64,000 nucleotides of DNA from Minisyncoccota bacterium (GTDB lineage: Bacteria; Patescibacteriota; Minisyncoccia; JAHISW01; Tagabacteraceae): the NCBI GenBank assembly GCA_028711505.1, contig JAQTSC010000003.1, positions 9,397 to 73,396 on the forward strand, given 5' to 3'. This document shows, one piece after another, positions 7,938 through 17,100 of this stretch. Positions within the stretch are counted from its first letter, which is position 1; each line of letters opens with the position of its first letter. Under the pieces are notes generated by a model that searched no databases, had not been told where the DNA came from, and worked only from the letters and a program-made list of their open reading frames with translations. A program made the position numbers and the translations under genes.

Positions 7938-8285
7938 ATGACACGAGTAAAAAGAGGAACAACTTCATTAAAGAGGAGGAGAAAGGTTTTAAAACAGACA
8001 AAGGGATATTTGTGGGGCAGAAAATCAAAAGAGCGCGCCGCGAAAGAGGCGCTTTCTCACGCGTATCTTCACTCTTTTCACGACAGGCGGAAAAAGAAAA
8101 GAGATTTCCGAAAAATTTGGCAGATTAAAATCAATGCTGCCAGTCGCGAACACGACCTTTCTTACAGCAAATTTTTGGGTTTTCTGAAAAAGGCCAATAT
8201 CGGAATAAACAGGAAAATTTTGGCGGATTTGGCGGAGAACAGGCCGGAAGTTTTCGAACAAGTGGTAAAAGAGGCGATTAAATAA
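7938..8285 (+). CDS. rplT: 50S ribosomal protein L20
   Basis: MTRVKRG, DRRKKKRDFRKIW, INRKILADLA. Confidence 0.98.
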   Translation: MTRVKRGTTSLKRRRKVLKQTKGYLWGRKSKERAAKEALSHAYLHSFHDRRKKKRDFRKIWQIKINAASREHDLSYSKFLGFLKKANIGINRKILADLAENRPEVFEQVVKEAIK

Positions 8286-8321
8286 AACAAACAGCGGAGT
8301 AATAAAAAACAAAAACAGAAA

Positions 8322-8837
8322 TTGCAAAAAAGACCGAGAATAAATAATGAAATAAACGGATTAGAATTGCGCCTTTTGGACGAAGAGGGAAAAAATCTTG
8401 GCGTGGTTAAAACTGGCCAAGCGATTGAGATGGCGAGAGACAGAGGGCTAGATCTTATAGAAATTTCGCCCAATGCCGCTCCTCCGGTTGCCAGAATAAT
8501 GGACCTCGGAAAATTCCTTTATAACGAAAAAAGAAAAGAAAAAGAATCGGCAAAAAGCGGGCAGGATTTTTCGGAGATGAAGAACGTAAGAATCCATCTG
8601 GGTACTTCGGAACACGACCTTGAAATGAAAGCCGGCCAGGCATCGGAATTTTTGAAAAAAGGGAATCGCGTGCGGGTGGAGCTTTTTTTGAAAGGGCGTG
8701 AAAAATATCTTGAAAAGAATTTTTTAAGAGGGAGGTTTGACAGGATTTTGAATTTGATAGCGGAAAATTACAAAATTCTCCAGGACGTAAAAACCGGCCC
8801 GAGAGGCATAAATATAGTAATAGAAAAAATAAAATAA
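8322..8837 (+). CDS. infC: Translation initiation factor IF-3 (non-AUG start)
   Basis: [30 protein letters not shown] and HDLEMK motifs; TTG start, no upstream in-frame ATG. Confidence 0.95.
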   Translation: MQKRPRINNEINGLELRLLDEEGKNLGVVKTGQAIEMARDRGLDLIEISPNAAPPVARIMDLGKFLYNEKRKEKESAKSGQDFSEMKNVRIHLGTSEHDLEMKAGQASEFLKKGNRVRVELFLKGREKYLEKNFLRGRFDRILNLIAENYKILQDVKTGPRGINIVIEKIK

Positions 8838-8838
8838 T

Positions 8839-9264
8839 ATGGCAAAAGAAATTAAAACAATTTTAAAGCTTCAAATTCCAGCGGGAAAAGCGAACCCCGC
8901 GCCTCCGGTTGGTCCCGCCTTGGGTCAGCACGGAGTGAACATCGGGGATTTTGTGAATAAGTTCAACGAAGCCACGAGGGACAAGGGAACCGATATTATT
9001 CCGGTTGAAATTACCGTTTACACGGACAGGACTTTTGAATTCAAATTGAAAACTCCTCCCGCGTCGGACCTGCTTAGAAAAGCTGCCGGAATTGAGAAAG
9101 GCTCCGGAGCCCCTCATATAAAGAAAGTCGGAAAAATAAATAAACAGCAGCTGCGTTCTATTGCAGAGCGCAAGATGGAAGATCTGAATGCTAATGACGT
9201 GGAAGGCGCGGAACGTATTGTTAAAGGCACTGCCCGTTCCATGGGGATAGAAGTGGAGCAATAG
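8839..9264 (+). CDS. rplK: 50S ribosomal protein L11
   Basis: [31 protein letters not shown]. Confidence 0.98.
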   Translation: MAKEIKTILKLQIPAGKANPAPPVGPALGQHGVNIGDFVNKFNEATRDKGTDIIPVEITVYTDRTFEFKLKTPPASDLLRKAAGIEKGSGAPHIKKVGKINKQQLRSIAERKMEDLNANDVEGAERIVKGTARSMGIEVEQ

Positions 9265-9291
9265 TCGAATTTCGTTTTGGTGTGATCTGTT

Positions 9292-9327
9292 GTCCGCCCC
9301 GGCGTTTTGCCGGGGCGGACTTGTTTT
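9292..9327 (+). terminator. Intrinsic terminator after rplK
   Basis: 12-bp perfect stem GTCCGCCCCGGC/GCCGGGGCGGAC then TTGTTTT. Confidence 0.85.
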
Positions 9328-9388
9328 ATTTTTCGGGGATTGCTAACTTTATCTCAGAAAAAAAATTCTTTGAAAGGAGAAAAGAGAT

Positions 9389-10240
9389 ATGGAAGAAAGC
9401 AAAAATTCTTTAAAAGACCCAAGGTTTAAACCTATCTTTACTCAAATTGTCGGTAATACCATAAGCTGGTGTTGGTTTTTGATGCTTGGGGAAATACTTA
9501 CAAGAGGGAGAAGATACGATATTACTTCTGGAAGCCTGGATTTTGAAGGAAATTTTAGACTATCGATGCCGTTAGTGGTTGAAATGCATACGCCTTCAGT
9601 AAGGCCTCTTGCTCCTTACATACCTGAAGGTAAAAATGTCCCGGCACCCACAACAGAAGAAGCTATACAGGAATATATGAAGTATCTTCTTTCCCGGGAA
9701 AAACAGCCGAATGAGCATTATACTTATGGCGAGGATTTGTGGTGGCAAGTGGAAGAAGTTATTAAGTATTATAAAAGGTATGGGTTTGGCAACGCATGTT
9801 GTCATATGGTTGTTGGCCGGCCGGAATCTTTCTTGTTTTACAATCGAGAAGTGGATTACACGGAGTTTGTAGCCGTTGAAGACAGGACATCGGGAAAACT
9901 GATTTTTAGCAGGCATATAACTAATACATGGAATAAAGACTTGCGGATAGAAGTGAGCTCCCAGTGTTTGAGGGGCGTGGATACATGGGTTCAAAACGGA
10001 AGATTGTATTTTTGCTGCTATTTTCGCTCGCAAGACGCGTGGGCGGGTTTTCCTCAAAATTACGGAGGTTTGCAGTTGGTTAAAGAATATATGGCTTCTT
10101 GCCTCAACCTTGAAGATGGTCCGCTTATTGCTATTTCTAAAGACCTGCATTTTTATAGAGACAATATTCCTTACGGATTGGAAATGATAGGGAAAAAAGC
10201 CGAAGAATTGTCTTGGTTTGAGCCGGAGGTTCGTTTATGA
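9389..10240 (+). CDS. Thymidylate synthase-superfamily protein (archaeal/deltaproteobacterial-type ThyA-like)
   Basis: YTYGE, catalytic Cys in QCLR, YFRSQD...GFPQN and LHFY motifs; insertion of about 35 aa before the Cys; SD AAGGAG. Confidence 0.8.
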   Translation: MEESKNSLKDPRFKPIFTQIVGNTISWCWFLMLGEILTRGRRYDITSGSLDFEGNFRLSMPLVVEMHTPSVRPLAPYIPEGKNVPAPTTEEAIQEYMKYLLSREKQPNEHYTYGEDLWWQVEEVIKYYKRYGFGNACCHMVVGRPESFLFYNREVDYTEFVAVEDRTSGKLIFSRHITNTWNKDLRIEVSSQCLRGVDTWVQNGRLYFCCYFRSQDAWAGFPQNYGGLQLVKEYMASCLNLEDGPLIAISKDLHFYRDNIPYGLEMIGKKAEELSWFEPEVRL

Positions 10241-10671
10241 GAAAAAACACAAAAGTAGTTGATCCGCGTTTTTCCAAAGGTAAAGGGGACTATGAGAAAG
10301 TTATTTTTTCCATAGAAAAAGAAGGTAAATGTCCTTTTTGTCCTGACAATTTCAGATACCACAAACATCCAGTTCTTAAGAGAAGAGGAGATTGGTTTAT
10401 AACCAAATCAAGCTGGCCTTATCTAAATGCCAGATTGCATTTGGTTTTAATAAAGAACTCTCATAAAGAAAGTGTCAGAGAATTGAATGTCAACGACATG
10501 AAAGACATCTTATTTTTAGTAAAATGGGCGTCGGGGGAGTTCAAAATAAGCGGTGGTGGATTAGCCATGCGTTTTGGGAAAACGGCGCATACAGGAGCGA
10601 CTGTTTGTCATATACATGCTCATCTTATTGTTCCTAAAAGAAGGAAAAGCGTTTCGTTTCCTATTGGATAG
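10237..10671 (+). CDS. HIT family nucleotide hydrolase/phosphorylase
   Basis: CPFC zinc motif, PY...HLVLI, GATVCHIHAHLI histidine triad; ATGA overlap with the upstream gene. Confidence 0.88.
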   Translation: MRKNTKVVDPRFSKGKGDYEKVIFSIEKEGKCPFCPDNFRYHKHPVLKRRGDWFITKSSWPYLNARLHLVLIKNSHKESVRELNVNDMKDILFLVKWASGEFKISGGGLAMRFGKTAHTGATVCHIHAHLIVPKRRKSVSFPIG

Positions 10672-10672
10672 A

Positions 10673-10704
10673 AAAATCCTTACCCCCTAGGGGGTAAGGA
10701 TTTT
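10673..10704. terminator. Perfect 32-bp palindrome, probable bidirectional terminator
   Basis: AAAATCCTTACCCCCT|AGGGGGTAAGGATTTT fills the gap between the two convergent stop codons. Confidence 0.8.
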
Positions 10705-11530
10705 ATTTTACTTGTATGATCTTTATTTTTTTTGCTTTCAGCATTTCCAAGCCGTTTAAAGAAGCATGTTCGGTTTGGAAATAAAGCCGTTGGATTCCGG
10801 AAAAAGAAACTGGCTTCGCGCACATAGGGCAAGGAAATATCAGACTATACATTGATACTCCTTGCGTTTTTATACCTTTGGCTGCAGCCACGGCTATTAT
10901 TTTTTGCTCAGCATGAAGCGATGAGGCAATATGGCTGTCTTTTCCTGCTTCAATGAAATCTCGCGGATCTCCCAAGGAATAAGGAGTGAATTCAGACGGC
11001 AAGTGCTCGTTGTGGCCTTTAACCAGTATTTTACCATTCTTGACGAAAGCGGCAGCGGTTCTTCTCCACCAACAAGAACTTTTTTCTGCTTCCTTTTTCA
11101 GTTCCGCCATTATTTCTCGGTCTCTTTTTCGGCAGGATACCAGATCGCAGCTTACTTCTGCTGAAGAGTTTACATTTTCGCTGCTCCACATGAGAAAAGT
11201 TGTGTCGTGCTCTATTTTGTTTGTCTTAGAGAGGTATCTTTCTGCAACCATAGAAGAAACAGTGTCTGTTGCCGTTATCACTTTCTTTCCGTTTATACCA
11301 GCCGCGATTTTTGGAGTGAGCACCTCGATTTTTTTGAAGGAAATTGATTCAATAATTTTTTTCATCAAAGCCGGATTAACTTGCCTGATCTCTTTGTGAA
11401 GAGTTAAAAATTCTTGAATCAGTTCATCCCCTACGATGAAAATTGTTTCGGCGCCAGCTGAGTGTCTTTTAAAGAATTCTATATATCCATTATGCAGAAC
11501 AGGCACATAAAGAAGGATGATCTTTTTCAT
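10703..11530 (-). CDS. dCMP deaminase-family protein with N-terminal degenerate HIGH-type nucleotidyltransferase domain
   Basis: C-terminal S.C..R, HAE and PCPMC zinc-deaminase motifs; N-terminal YVPVLHNGY...IFIVG resembles an HxGH Rossmann fold. Confidence 0.8.
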   Translation of the reverse strand: MKKIILLYVPVLHNGYIEFFKRHSAGAETIFIVGDELIQEFLTLHKEIRQVNPALMKKIIESISFKKIEVLTPKIAAGINGKKVITATDTVSSMVAERYLSKTNKIEHDTTFLMWSSENVNSSAEVSCDLVSCRKRDREIMAELKKEAEKSSCWWRRTAAAFVKNGKILVKGHNEHLPSEFTPYSLGDPRDFIEAGKDSHIASSLHAEQKIIAVAAAKGIKTQGVSMYSLIFPCPMCAKPVSFSGIQRLYFQTEHASLNGLEMLKAKKIKIIQVK

Positions 11531-11540
11531 GCCCGACTCC

Positions 11541-12086
11541 TTAAACCTTGAGGTTTGTCAAAAAAGACTCAATGTGTTTTTTAAGGGTGTCTTGAATTTT
11601 CATCGAGGTTGAAGTGCTTTTTGCTTGTCTTTCCAACACGACTACTTCTTTGCAGAATTGCCGGATATCATCCAGCTGCTTCTGTGGGTAACTTTCTTCT
11701 TCTGCCACAAAAATGTCAGGTTGAATTTCTTTGATAAGTTGATATTTCCATTCTCCTTTTTCGTCTATATCATCTACCAGAGTGATTAGGTCAATGCAGT
11801 GCTGATAACTTAACATCTCCATCCTTTCGCTTTGAGGAATGACCGGTCTTAGAGGACCTTTGTAAAGTTTGACGGCCCTGTCCGTGTCCGCGCCCACAAG
11901 CAAGACATCACCTTGCTTTTTTGCTTCTATCAAATATCTAAGATGTCCGATGTGAAGCATGTCCCATGTGCCAATCGTGATTACCACTTTATAACCGAGA
12001 GTGTCTTTGAGAGTTTGGGTTAGTGTTTTTAATTTGTTAATGTCCAATACTATTTTCTTTTCCGCCGTATCTCTAAAAATTTCCAT
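11541..12086 (-). CDS. Cytidylyltransferase-like nucleotidyltransferase (RfaE domain II/TagD-like)
   Basis: GTWDMLHIGHLRYL, LLVG.DTD, KG..RP, ER.EML, PDIFV, STS motifs; SD AAGGAGG. Confidence 0.88.
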   Translation of the reverse strand: MEIFRDTAEKKIVLDINKLKTLTQTLKDTLGYKVVITIGTWDMLHIGHLRYLIEAKKQGDVLLVGADTDRAVKLYKGPLRPVIPQSERMEMLSYQHCIDLITLVDDIDEKGEWKYQLIKEIQPDIFVAEEESYPQKQLDDIRQFCKEVVVLERQAKSTSTSMKIQDTLKKHIESFLTNLKV

Positions 12087-12122
12087 AGCCTATCCTCCTT
12101 TTTGCCTTTGTATTCTGGCTGC

Positions 12123-12152
12123 ATACTATCAATTTGTAGGTTTCTAAGTCAA
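12123..12152 (-). promoter_or_regulatory. Promoter for the cytidylyltransferase-deaminase operon
   Basis: TTGACT-18 nt-TAGTAT with extended -10 TGn. Confidence 0.6.
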
Positions 12153-12168
12153 GTATTAGAATAAATCT

Positions 12169-13710
12169 ATGCTTCGGGAAATTTTAAGACAAGAAATAGA
12201 AAAGGCGGTTTTGAAACTCTTTGATAAAAAGGCCGTTTTCAATGTTTCCTGGGACGGAAAATTTTCCGATTATTCTTCCAACGCGGGTTTGTTTCTTGGA
12301 GGAAAAGACGAGGCGGAGAAATTGAAAGATGAACTTGCCAAATCGAAAGAAATTGAAGAACTTTTTTCAGAAATAAAAGTGGCCGGAAACGGTTTTATTA
12401 ATTTTCGGCTTTCGGAAAAAGGAATTGAAGATGGATTGAAATTCGCGTTGAAAGAAAAATTTGATTTTTTGAAAAGTGAAAAAATTCAGGTGGAATTCAT
12501 TTCCGCGAACCCGACAGGCCCTCTTACTTTGGGAAACGGACGGGGCGGAGTTTTTGGCGATGTCTTAGGAAATGTTTTTAAAAAAGCCGGCGCCGAAGTC
12601 GTCAAAGAATATTATATAAACAACGCGGGAAATCAGATAGAAATTTTGGGCCATTCTGTTCTGAAAGACGACAAGGCTGAGTATAAAGGCGAATATATAG
12701 ATGAACTTGGTAAAAAATTAGGAGGCGAAGAGCCCCTGGAAGTCGGCAAAAAAGCCGCGGACATAATTTTGGAAAGCATCAAAAAAACCGTTTCCGAAAT
12801 GGGGATTGATTTTGATGTCTGGTTTTCGGAGAGCAAAGAGCTTCGAGAAACCGGGAAAGTTGAAGAAATAATGAGGTGGCTTAAAGAAAAAGATTTGGCT
12901 TATGAAAAGGACGATGCTTTATGGTTTCGGGCGACAAAATTCGGGGACAGCGAAGACAGGGTTTTAATCAAAACTGGCGGCGAACCGACTTATTTCGGCG
13001 TTGATTGCGCTTATCATAAAAATAAATTTGAGGAACGGAAATTTGACCGTGTTATAAACATTTGGGGCGCAGATCATCATGGCGATGTCAAGCGCGTAAA
13101 AGGATTCATTGATGCGCTGGGGCATAAAGACAAATTTGAAATAATTTTAATGCAGTTCGTCAGGCTTTTTCAAAACGGCGCTGCTGCGCGGATGTCAAAA
13201 AGGGAAGGAGTATATGTTTTAGTTGACGATGTTCTAAAAGAAATCGGCAAAGACGCTTTCAGGTATTTTATGCTCACGCGTTCTCCTGACACGCACATGG
13301 ATTTCGATTTGGAGCTTGCAAAAGAGCAGTCAAAGAAAAACCCCGTTTATTATATCCAGTACGCCGGCGCGAGGATGAGCAATATTTTAAAAAAATCGGA
13401 GGCCGGACTTAAAAACGAAAAAATTGAAATTCAAAATTTAACAGAACCGCAGGAAAGGAGATTATTGCTGAAGCTTATCCAATTCCCGGAAATGATTGAG
13501 AGTGTTTCAAGGGATTATCAGGTTCATCGGTTGACTACTTATATATATGAACTTGCCGCCGCTTTTACCGATTTTTACGAAAATGTCCGCGTGCTTGAAG
13601 CGGAAGGAGATGAGCTAAAAAACTCTCGATTGTTGTTGGTTTCCGTTTCTAGACGTCTTTTGGAACAAGTGTTAGGATTACTTGGAATTTCGGCGCCGGA
13701 AAAAATGTAG
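12169..13710 (+). CDS. argS: Arginine--tRNA ligase
   Basis: EFISANPTGPL, GADHHG, RMSKR, NPVYYIQY, LGISAPEKM. Confidence 0.97.
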   Translation: MLREILRQEIEKAVLKLFDKKAVFNVSWDGKFSDYSSNAGLFLGGKDEAEKLKDELAKSKEIEELFSEIKVAGNGFINFRLSEKGIEDGLKFALKEKFDFLKSEKIQVEFISANPTGPLTLGNGRGGVFGDVLGNVFKKAGAEVVKEYYINNAGNQIEILGHSVLKDDKAEYKGEYIDELGKKLGGEEPLEVGKKAADIILESIKKTVSEMGIDFDVWFSESKELRETGKVEEIMRWLKEKDLAYEKDDALWFRATKFGDSEDRVLIKTGGEPTYFGVDCAYHKNKFEERKFDRVINIWGADHHGDVKRVKGFIDALGHKDKFEIILMQFVRLFQNGAAARMSKREGVYVLVDDVLKEIGKDAFRYFMLTRSPDTHMDFDLELAKEQSKKNPVYYIQYAGARMSNILKKSEAGLKNEKIEIQNLTEPQERRLLLKLIQFPEMIESVSRDYQVHRLTTYIYELAAAFTDFYENVRVLEAEGDELKNSRLLLVSVSRRLLEQVLGLLGISAPEKM

Positions 13711-13725
13711 TGAAAGGAGGCATGT

Positions 13726-14025
13726 ATGAATATAGGGTTTAGTCTTTTGAAAAAAGAGTTAGCGGAAATGAAAGGCGGGCTTTTCGCGATATTCGCCTTA
13801 TCTTGTATCGCCGGATTTTTTTTGCAGGGTTTTCTTGTCCACGGCGCCGTTTTTGGGGCAAATCTGCCGCGTATTTTGCTTGCTCTCATTTTTTTGCTTC
13901 TTCTGCTTGTGTTTATTCTTGCCGCGTGGCTGGCGACTAAAGATGGCAAAAAAACACTAGGACTGATTATCTTTTTGGCCACATTGCTGGGCATTATGGT
14001 TGGGATCGGCATGGAAGGAGTATAA
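13726..14025 (+). CDS. Small hypothetical membrane protein (3 TM segments)
   Basis: SD AAAGGAGG; hydrophobic ORF followed by a terminator. Confidence 0.7.
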   Translation: MNIGFSLLKKELAEMKGGLFAIFALSCIAGFFLQGFLVHGAVFGANLPRILLALIFLLLLLVFILAAWLATKDGKKTLGLIIFLATLLGIMVGIGMEGV

Positions 14026-14053
14026 AATGACGCAATTTTGCGCGCGGTCATTC

Positions 14054-14082
14054 CCGCCACCTGTTTAAGGTGGCGGTTTTTT
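14054..14082 (+). terminator. Intrinsic terminator
   Basis: CCGCCACCT/AGGTGGCGG stem plus T6. Confidence 0.8.
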
Positions 14083-14121
14083 ATTGATAAAAAAGGCTTT
14101 TTTTAATAGTATGAATGAATA

Positions 14122-17100
14122 ATGGATTTACCCGAAAGAGAGCAAAAGATTTTGGAGTTTTGGGAGAAGAACCTGATTTTTGAAAAAACGCTTCGCAAAG
14201 AAGCGGTTAATGGCGATTTTGTTTTTTATGAAGGACCTCCGACTGCCAATGGCAAGCCGGGCATTCATCATATTGAAGCGCGCTCTTTTAAAGATTTGAT
14301 ACCTCGCTACAAAACAATGAGGGGTTTTCGTGTTTTGAGAAAAGCCGGCTGGGACACCCATGGCCTTCCGGTGGAGCTTGAAGTCGAGAAAAAATTAGGG
14401 CTTAAAAGTAAAAAAGACATTGAAGAATATGGAATAGAAAAATTCAATCAAAAATGCAAAGAAAGCGTCTGGGAGTATAAAGACGAATGGGAAAAAATAA
14501 CAAAACGAATCGGATTTTGGGTTGATTTGGAAAATCCGTACATCACTTATGAGACGGATTATATAGAAACGCTTTGGTGGATTATAAAACAGGCGGATGA
14601 GAAAGGATTTTTGTACAAAGGACACAAGGTGGTGCCAAATTGCCCGCGTTGCGGCACGGCGCTTTCTTCTCATGAAGTCGCGCAGGGGTATAAAAATGTA
14701 AGCGAAGAATCGGTCTATGCGAGATTTAAAATCAAAGGCAAAGAAAATGATTATATTTTGGCGTGGACAACGACTCCTTGGACATTGCCGGGAAACGTGG
14801 CTCTTGCGGTTGGAAGCAATATTGAGTACGTAAAAATTAAAAATAAAGATGCCGGAGATAATTTAATTTTAGCGAAGGAACGATTGGCTGCTATTGATGG
14901 CGAATACGAAATTTTGGAAGAATTGAAAGGCGCTGACCTCGTCGGTCTTGAATACGAACCTCTTTTCTCGGGCGCGATCCCCGAAAATACGCCGAATTTT
15001 GAAAAAGCTTTTAAAGTTTATTCTGCTGATTTTGTTTCAACCGAAGATGGCATCGGTGTGGTGCACACCGCGGTAATGTATGGGATAGACGATTATGAAC
15101 TCGGAGAAAAAATTGGGCTTCCGAAATTTCACACGGTTAATTCTGACGGAACTTTCAATGAAAGCGTGCCGAAGTGGAAAGGAAAATTTGTAAAAGACAC
15201 TGACAAAGAAATTATTTCCGATTTGGAATCTCGCGGATTTTTGTTTAAAACCGAAAATTATTCTCATGATTATCCTTTTTGCTGGAGATGCGGAACTCCG
15301 CTTCTTTACTACGCCAAAGACTCGTGGTTTTTCAAGATGAGCGGACTTCGCGACGAGCTTGTAAAAAATAACGAAAAAATAAACTGGATCCCCGGACATA
15401 TTAAAGAAGGAAGGTTTGGCGAGTGGCTAAAAGACGCGAAAGACTGGGCAATATCCCGAGAAAGATATTGGGGAACTCCGATGCCGGTTTGGGAATGCGA
15501 AAAGTGCGGCAAAAGAAAGATAGCGGGTTCAATAGATGAAATCCGCGAAGAGTTCGGAAACCCGAATAAAATTTTTCTGGTGCGGCATGGAGAAGCGGAA
15601 ACTACGCTGAAGGGAGTTGGAAATTCAATGCCAGAAACGGAGAAGTACCCACTTACGGGAAAAGGGAGGGATCAAATTAAAGAATTAGCAAAAATCTTAA
15701 AGGATGAAAAAATAAATTTTATTTATGCTTCGCCGATTTTAAGGACAAAAGAAACAGCGGAAATAATAGCGGACAAGCTTGGGCTTGAAATTATTTTTGA
15801 CGAACGGCTAAGAGAAACAGGGCTTGGAGAATTCAATAACAAAAAAATTGAAGAGCTTCATAGTATTTATCCGACGAAAGAATCTCGCGCGGGCGAAACC
15901 GTACGCGGAGTTGAAAGCGGAAGAGACGTGAGGAAAAGATTTGAAGAATTTTTAAGCGAAATAAATCAAAAACACAAAAACAAAAATATTGCGGTTGTTT
16001 CTCATGGCGACCCGCTTCAGATTTTTTACGGCCTTTGCCGCGGCGAAGATTTAATGGATTCGTTTCGCGGCTGGTATCCGAAAAAAGGTGAGACGAAAAT
16101 AGTTTATTCAAAACCCGTTGATTTGCACAGGCCTTTTATAGATGAAGTGAAATTGAAATGCGAATGCGGAGCGGATATGAAAAGAGCGGCGGAGGTTATG
16201 GATTGCTGGTTTGATTCCGGGTCAATGCCGTTTGCTCAGGTTCATTATCCTTTTGAAAATAAAGGATTGGTTGATGATAAAAAACTTTTTCCCGCGGACT
16301 TCATTTCCGAAGCCATAGACCAGACGCGCGGATGGTTTTACACTTTGCTCGCGGTTTCCACGATGCTCGGCTTTAAAGAGCCATACAAAAACGCTATTTG
16401 CCTCGGGCATGTTCTTGATAAAAACGGGCAAAAAATGAGCAAAAGCAAGGGGAACGTCGTAAATCCCTGGGAAATGATAGACAAATACGGAGCTGACAGC
16501 GTGAGGTGGTATCTTTACACCGTAAACCAACCCGGAGAGCAGAAGCGTTTTGATGAAAATGACCTGAAGCTTTCAAAGAGGATGTTTACGACGCTTTTTA
16601 ATGTTTTGTCTTTTTACAAAATGTTTTCAGCGGCTGGGCAGCCGGAAAAAATTGGAGTGGAAGAACCGGCGCACGTTTTGGACAAATGGATTTTAAATTA
16701 TCTGGCGAAAACAGAAATTGAGATAACCGATCTTTTGGAAAAATACGATATAACCTCCAGCGCTCGAAAAATTGAAGCGTTTATAAACGATTTGTCTGTT
16801 TGGTATTTAAGACGTTCTCGTGAAAGATTTAAGGGGGAAGACGAAAAAGATAAAGCCGCCGCCCAAAAAACGCTTGGTGAGGTTTTGCTTTCAGTTTCAA
16901 AACTTCTGGCTCCCTTCGCGCCATTTTCCGCGGAGGCTGTTTATAAAGAACTTTGCGAAGAAAAAGAATCGGTTCATTTGGAAAATTGGACAAAGGCTGA
17001 CGAAGAATACGATGAAAAAATTTTGGAAGAAATGGCAAGGGTCAGAAATGACGTTTCAGTCGGTTTGGACTTGCGGCTTAAATCTGGAATAAAAGTGCGC

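Noticed and set aside
8283-8324. L20-IF3 read-through fusion
   Set aside because: In-frame arrangement has a 1-in-3 chance, TAA is an efficient stop, and a non-AUG start is normal for infC
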